Assembly: GCA_964518475.1 (NCBI GenBank)
Contig: CAZFGR010000003.1
Coordinates: 1-64,000 of the forward strand
DNA length: 64,000 nucleotides
Reading direction: 5' to 3'
Source of the DNA: an uncultured Nitrososphaerota archaeon
GTDB taxonomy: Archaea > Asgardarchaeota > Njordarchaeia > Njordarchaeales > Njordarchaeaceae
The notes beneath the pieces were generated by a model, which saw nothing but the letters and a program-made list of their open reading frames with translations, searched no databases and was not told the DNA's origin. The translations under genes and the position numbers were made by a program. Within the stretch, counting starts at the first letter, position 1; every line of letters starts with the position of its first letter. This document shows, one piece after another, positions 61,289 through 64,000 of this stretch.

Positions 61289-62332
61289 ATGGCTAAGAAG
61301 ATTAGTGTAACAATCATAGGCTTTAGCGGACTAATTAGAGAGTTCATTAAGCTAATAAGATTTAAGGACGATTTGACAAAATCTTTAGCTTCTTTTCCGA
61401 TAAAGGAAATTAATTCATTCACTATAGAAGACATAAGGATCGAAAAAATCATTGATATAGATTCAAAAAAAGTTGGGAAAAGAGTGGGTGCGCTTCTTTT
61501 TGAAGATAAAGAATTCTTAGAAATAGAGATTGAATCTGGGATTTCGGAAGAAAACTCCGAAATTTTAAGACAATATGGTTTAAGGGAGATAACTACTATA
61601 TCCTATGAGGAATTGGTATCGGCGATTAAATCAAGTAAACCCGATGTAATAGTACTATCTATAGGAAGTTATGCCGAAAAATCAGCAAAAGCATATGCTC
61701 GATTAGCTCTAGATACAGGAGCGGGACTTATTAATACGAGTTCCATTCCTCTTTCTCAATCCGCGGAGCTAATAAATAGTTTCAGAGAAAAGCAGTGTCC
61801 ATTTGTGGGAGATCATTTGCGAGGATACATAGATTTAAGAGATTTAGTTAAGAATTTGATTGATATGCTTAGTATTTTTCCACTGGAAATAAAAGAACTA
61901 TATGAAATGAAATTTCTGTGTCAAGATAAATCTCCAAACTACCAGTATTTGAGAAGAATCTATGAGGAAGAGGATTTATTAATGAATACGATCTATGAGA
62001 AGCCTGAGCATAAGGGTTTAGGAGTCTCAATCAGAAAGGGACCGGAAGATTTAGAATTTTCGAAAGTATGGTTGAATATGTCGGATCCTCTTCAAAGAAT
62101 CTTGGAAATCCACCTTTCGTGGCGGTTCTTTAATAAGTTTTTACGAGCGATAGCTCTTCTAGACTTGATTCGTTTAGTAGCAGTACTGAAGAAGCGAGGA
62201 ATAGGAGGCTTTATTGATACATTAGCAAAGATCTACTTTTACTCTCCAGGTGGTAAGAAATACATCCCACTGGAGGAGAGATTGAAAATGCTAAACGACT
62301 TTCTTAGCAATTACACCCAAATATCTACCTAG
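61289..62332 (+). CDS. degenerate myo-inositol-1-phosphate synthase (Ino1) homologue
   Basis: DIDSKKVG, YA..AL..G...IN, P.VGD scaffold motifs kept; catalytic motifs altered. Confidence 0.75.
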   Translation: MAKKISVTIIGFSGLIREFIKLIRFKDDLTKSLASFPIKEINSFTIEDIRIEKIIDIDSKKVGKRVGALLFEDKEFLEIEIESGISEENSEILRQYGLREITTISYEELVSAIKSSKPDVIVLSIGSYAEKSAKAYARLALDTGAGLINTSSIPLSQSAELINSFREKQCPFVGDHLRGYIDLRDLVKNLIDMLSIFPLEIKELYEMKFLCQDKSPNYQYLRRIYEEEDLLMNTIYEKPEHKGLGVSIRKGPEDLEFSKVWLNMSDPLQRILEIHLSWRFFNKFLRAIALLDLIRLVAVLKKRGIGGFIDTLAKIYFYSPGGKKYIPLEERLKMLNDFLSNYTQIST

Positions 62333-63298
62333 AAACTTCAGAAATGGAACGGTACTGCCATAATAATCCAGGTAATGAAGTATTCTATGAACATAATTAA
62401 ACTTCTTAGCCTTAAAATTCATGGGTAATAGAGAGAAGATGCTATAGAACTTTAGTGGAGTTAATTTAGCCATTCTTAACAATCTCAAAACTTCTGCTGG
62501 GACGTAATAATGAGTTGGGATTCGTATAGAACCTTGTTTTGGCAGGGGTATTGTTATTCTTGTGAAGGGGTCTCGCATCTTTCTGACAGTCTTTAGAAAT
62601 AATCTCGGCTTTGTAGCTACTCTTAATAACCAGTCTAGCGAAAATCTATTAAGTACCGTAAAAACAAATAATCCGTTCTGCCGTAATACTCGTGAAACCT
62701 CTTGGAATATTAGGGGGTAACTCTCAGAATGATCCAAGCTTCCAAAAATTGCTAGAACGATATCAAATGTATTGGCTTTAAAAGGTATTTTCTCCGCTGG
62801 TGAAATACAAAATTCTATGATGTCGAAAATCTCTTTTTCTCTTTCCAATATTTTCCTCGCTAGCCTCAATGGTTTAAATGCGATATCAGTACCAATAATT
62901 CTGGCCTTAACTGATAGCTTTCTAAGAATACGAGATAAACACCAAATCTCCCAGCCCCATCCACATCCTAGTGCTAGAATGGTTAGATTGTCTTTACTCT
63001 CTAAAAGTCGAACACTATCTAGTAATAAGCGGTAATGGATCAATCGCATATGTTTTACCCAATCATTCGTTAACGCTCTCCAAGGAGCTGCTGGAAGGGC
63101 TTCGTACAAACCTCTTAATTTTGAAATTTTCTTTAGCCATTTCTTATTCGTCAGAATAGGTATACTTCGACGGATAAAGTACTCATCTTTATCGCAAAAT
63201 ATTACACCAGAGTATATTTCGGGGAGTACTCTTGAGTATTTAGATACCTTTAGTTTAATAGTCTCGCAATCTAAGAGGTCTAGTAACCATTTTTTCAT
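62291..63298 (-). CDS. class I SAM-dependent methyltransferase with N-terminal Trm112-like module
   Basis: MKKWLLDLLDC...EIYSGVIFC....Y.I..SIPIL, then LGCGWG, GTDI, AE.IPF...TFD, E..RVL...G. Confidence 0.8.
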   Translation of the reverse strand: MKKWLLDLLDCETIKLKVSKYSRVLPEIYSGVIFCDKDEYFIRRSIPILTNKKWLKKISKLRGLYEALPAAPWRALTNDWVKHMRLIHYRLLLDSVRLLESKDNLTILALGCGWGWEIWCLSRILRKLSVKARIIGTDIAFKPLRLARKILEREKEIFDIIEFCISPAEKIPFKANTFDIVLAIFGSLDHSESYPLIFQEVSRVLRQNGLFVFTVLNRFSLDWLLRVATKPRLFLKTVRKMRDPFTRITIPLPKQGSIRIPTHYYVPAEVLRLLRMAKLTPLKFYSIFSLLPMNFKAKKFNYVHRILHYLDYYGSTVPFLKFLGRYLGVIAKKVV

Positions 63299-64000
63299 TT
63301 CTTAGCACCATAGTAATCTTCAGGACGAACCCAAATTACTATTTTACCAGTTTGCCAGTCACGAAGGACAGTACGAGCAGCCTCCTTGACATCGGGAACA
63401 CCGCCCTTTAGTAATCTACCCCGTTTTTTTGCCAATTCTTCAAGAAATTTTAACGGATCATCCGCATCAAAACCATATGTTCGTTTCAGAACGTCTGGAT
63501 GGATCTTTTTAAGTCTATTTATTAACTCTATGGCATGTGGTATTGGATCATCTAAGGTCTCCACGCGTATTGCACCTTTATAGACCAATGTATCCGCATC
63601 CTCGTATGGGAAAACTCCTGGTGTATCCAAAACTCTAAGTCTTCCCCTTCTAACGATTTGTAAATGACGCGTTAAGCCGGGTTTAGCTCCCGTCGGAGCA
63701 CTATGGGATCCTTTTAAGATGTTTATAATAGATGATTTTCCGACATTAGGATAGCCTATGATTGCAACTTTTATTTCTTCTTTGCCCTTAGGTGCTATTT
63801 TGTAAATCAATTTTCTCAGTTTTCCAGTTCCAAGTCGATATCTCGCACTAATATAGATTGTGGGATACTCTTTTTCGAACTCTCTTTTCCAAGCTTCTAA
63901 GACGTCTCTTGGAACCAAATCAGCCTTATTAATTACGAGTATAACTTTCTTTCCAAGCGCGGATAACCGCTTTTCAACAATCGGTAGTCTAAAAGATAGG
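63295..64000 (-). CDS. circularly permuted YlqF/RbgA (Nug1-like) GTPase, 5' truncated by window
   Basis: NKAD (G4) precedes GYPNVGKSS (G1), PGLT (G2), DTPG (G3); frame open to window end. Confidence 0.92.
   Translation of the reverse strand, partial: LSFRLPIVEKRLSALGKKVILVINKADLVPRDVLEAWKREFEKEYPTIYISARYRLGTGKLRKLIYKIAPKGKEEIKVAIIGYPNVGKSSIINILKGSHSAPTGAKPGLTRHLQIVRRGRLRVLDTPGVFPYEDADTLVYKGAIRVETLDDPIPHAIELINRLKKIHPDVLKRTYGFDADDPLKFLEELAKKRGRLLKGGVPDVKEAARTVLRDWQTGKIVIWVRPEDYYGAKK

Overview
Gene-dense archaeal chromosomal window, most likely from a (hyper)thermophilic Asgard-like or TACK-adjacent lineage. Support for this: an ESCRT-III/Snf7 gene, two roadblock/LC7 genes, an actin-fold ATPase, a divergent EF-2 of the Asgard paralog type, S26e, very GC-rich tRNA stems in an AT-rich genome, and several C/D-box guide RNAs. 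Most genes are housekeeping but sit in heavily fragmented operons: a partial spc r-protein cluster, aIF-1A/Rio1, GINS/Cdc6, KEOPS subunits, thermosome, SRP54, ArcTGT, DnaG, MAT, Rpo3 and Rpo4. Five tRNA genes were read by eye: Asp-GTC, Val-CAC, Arg-TCT with a 37/38 intron, Arg-CCG, and Ser-GCT with a non-canonical 29/30 intron and A73. Four well-formed C/D sRNAs were also found. No CRISPR array or transposase was seen; the left edge is the end of a restriction-modification island. The most intriguing unexplained content is three signal-peptide-less FG-GAP/calcium-blade beta-propeller proteins (blades reminiscent of BBS2/ITFG2), two of them head-to-head with the ESCRT-III gene and the actin-like gene. 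There is also a striking set of catalytically dead enzyme homologues (TPR-CHAT pseudo-caspase, two pseudo-transglutaminases, pseudo-inositol-phosphate synthase). All assignments come from motif recognition, not database searches.
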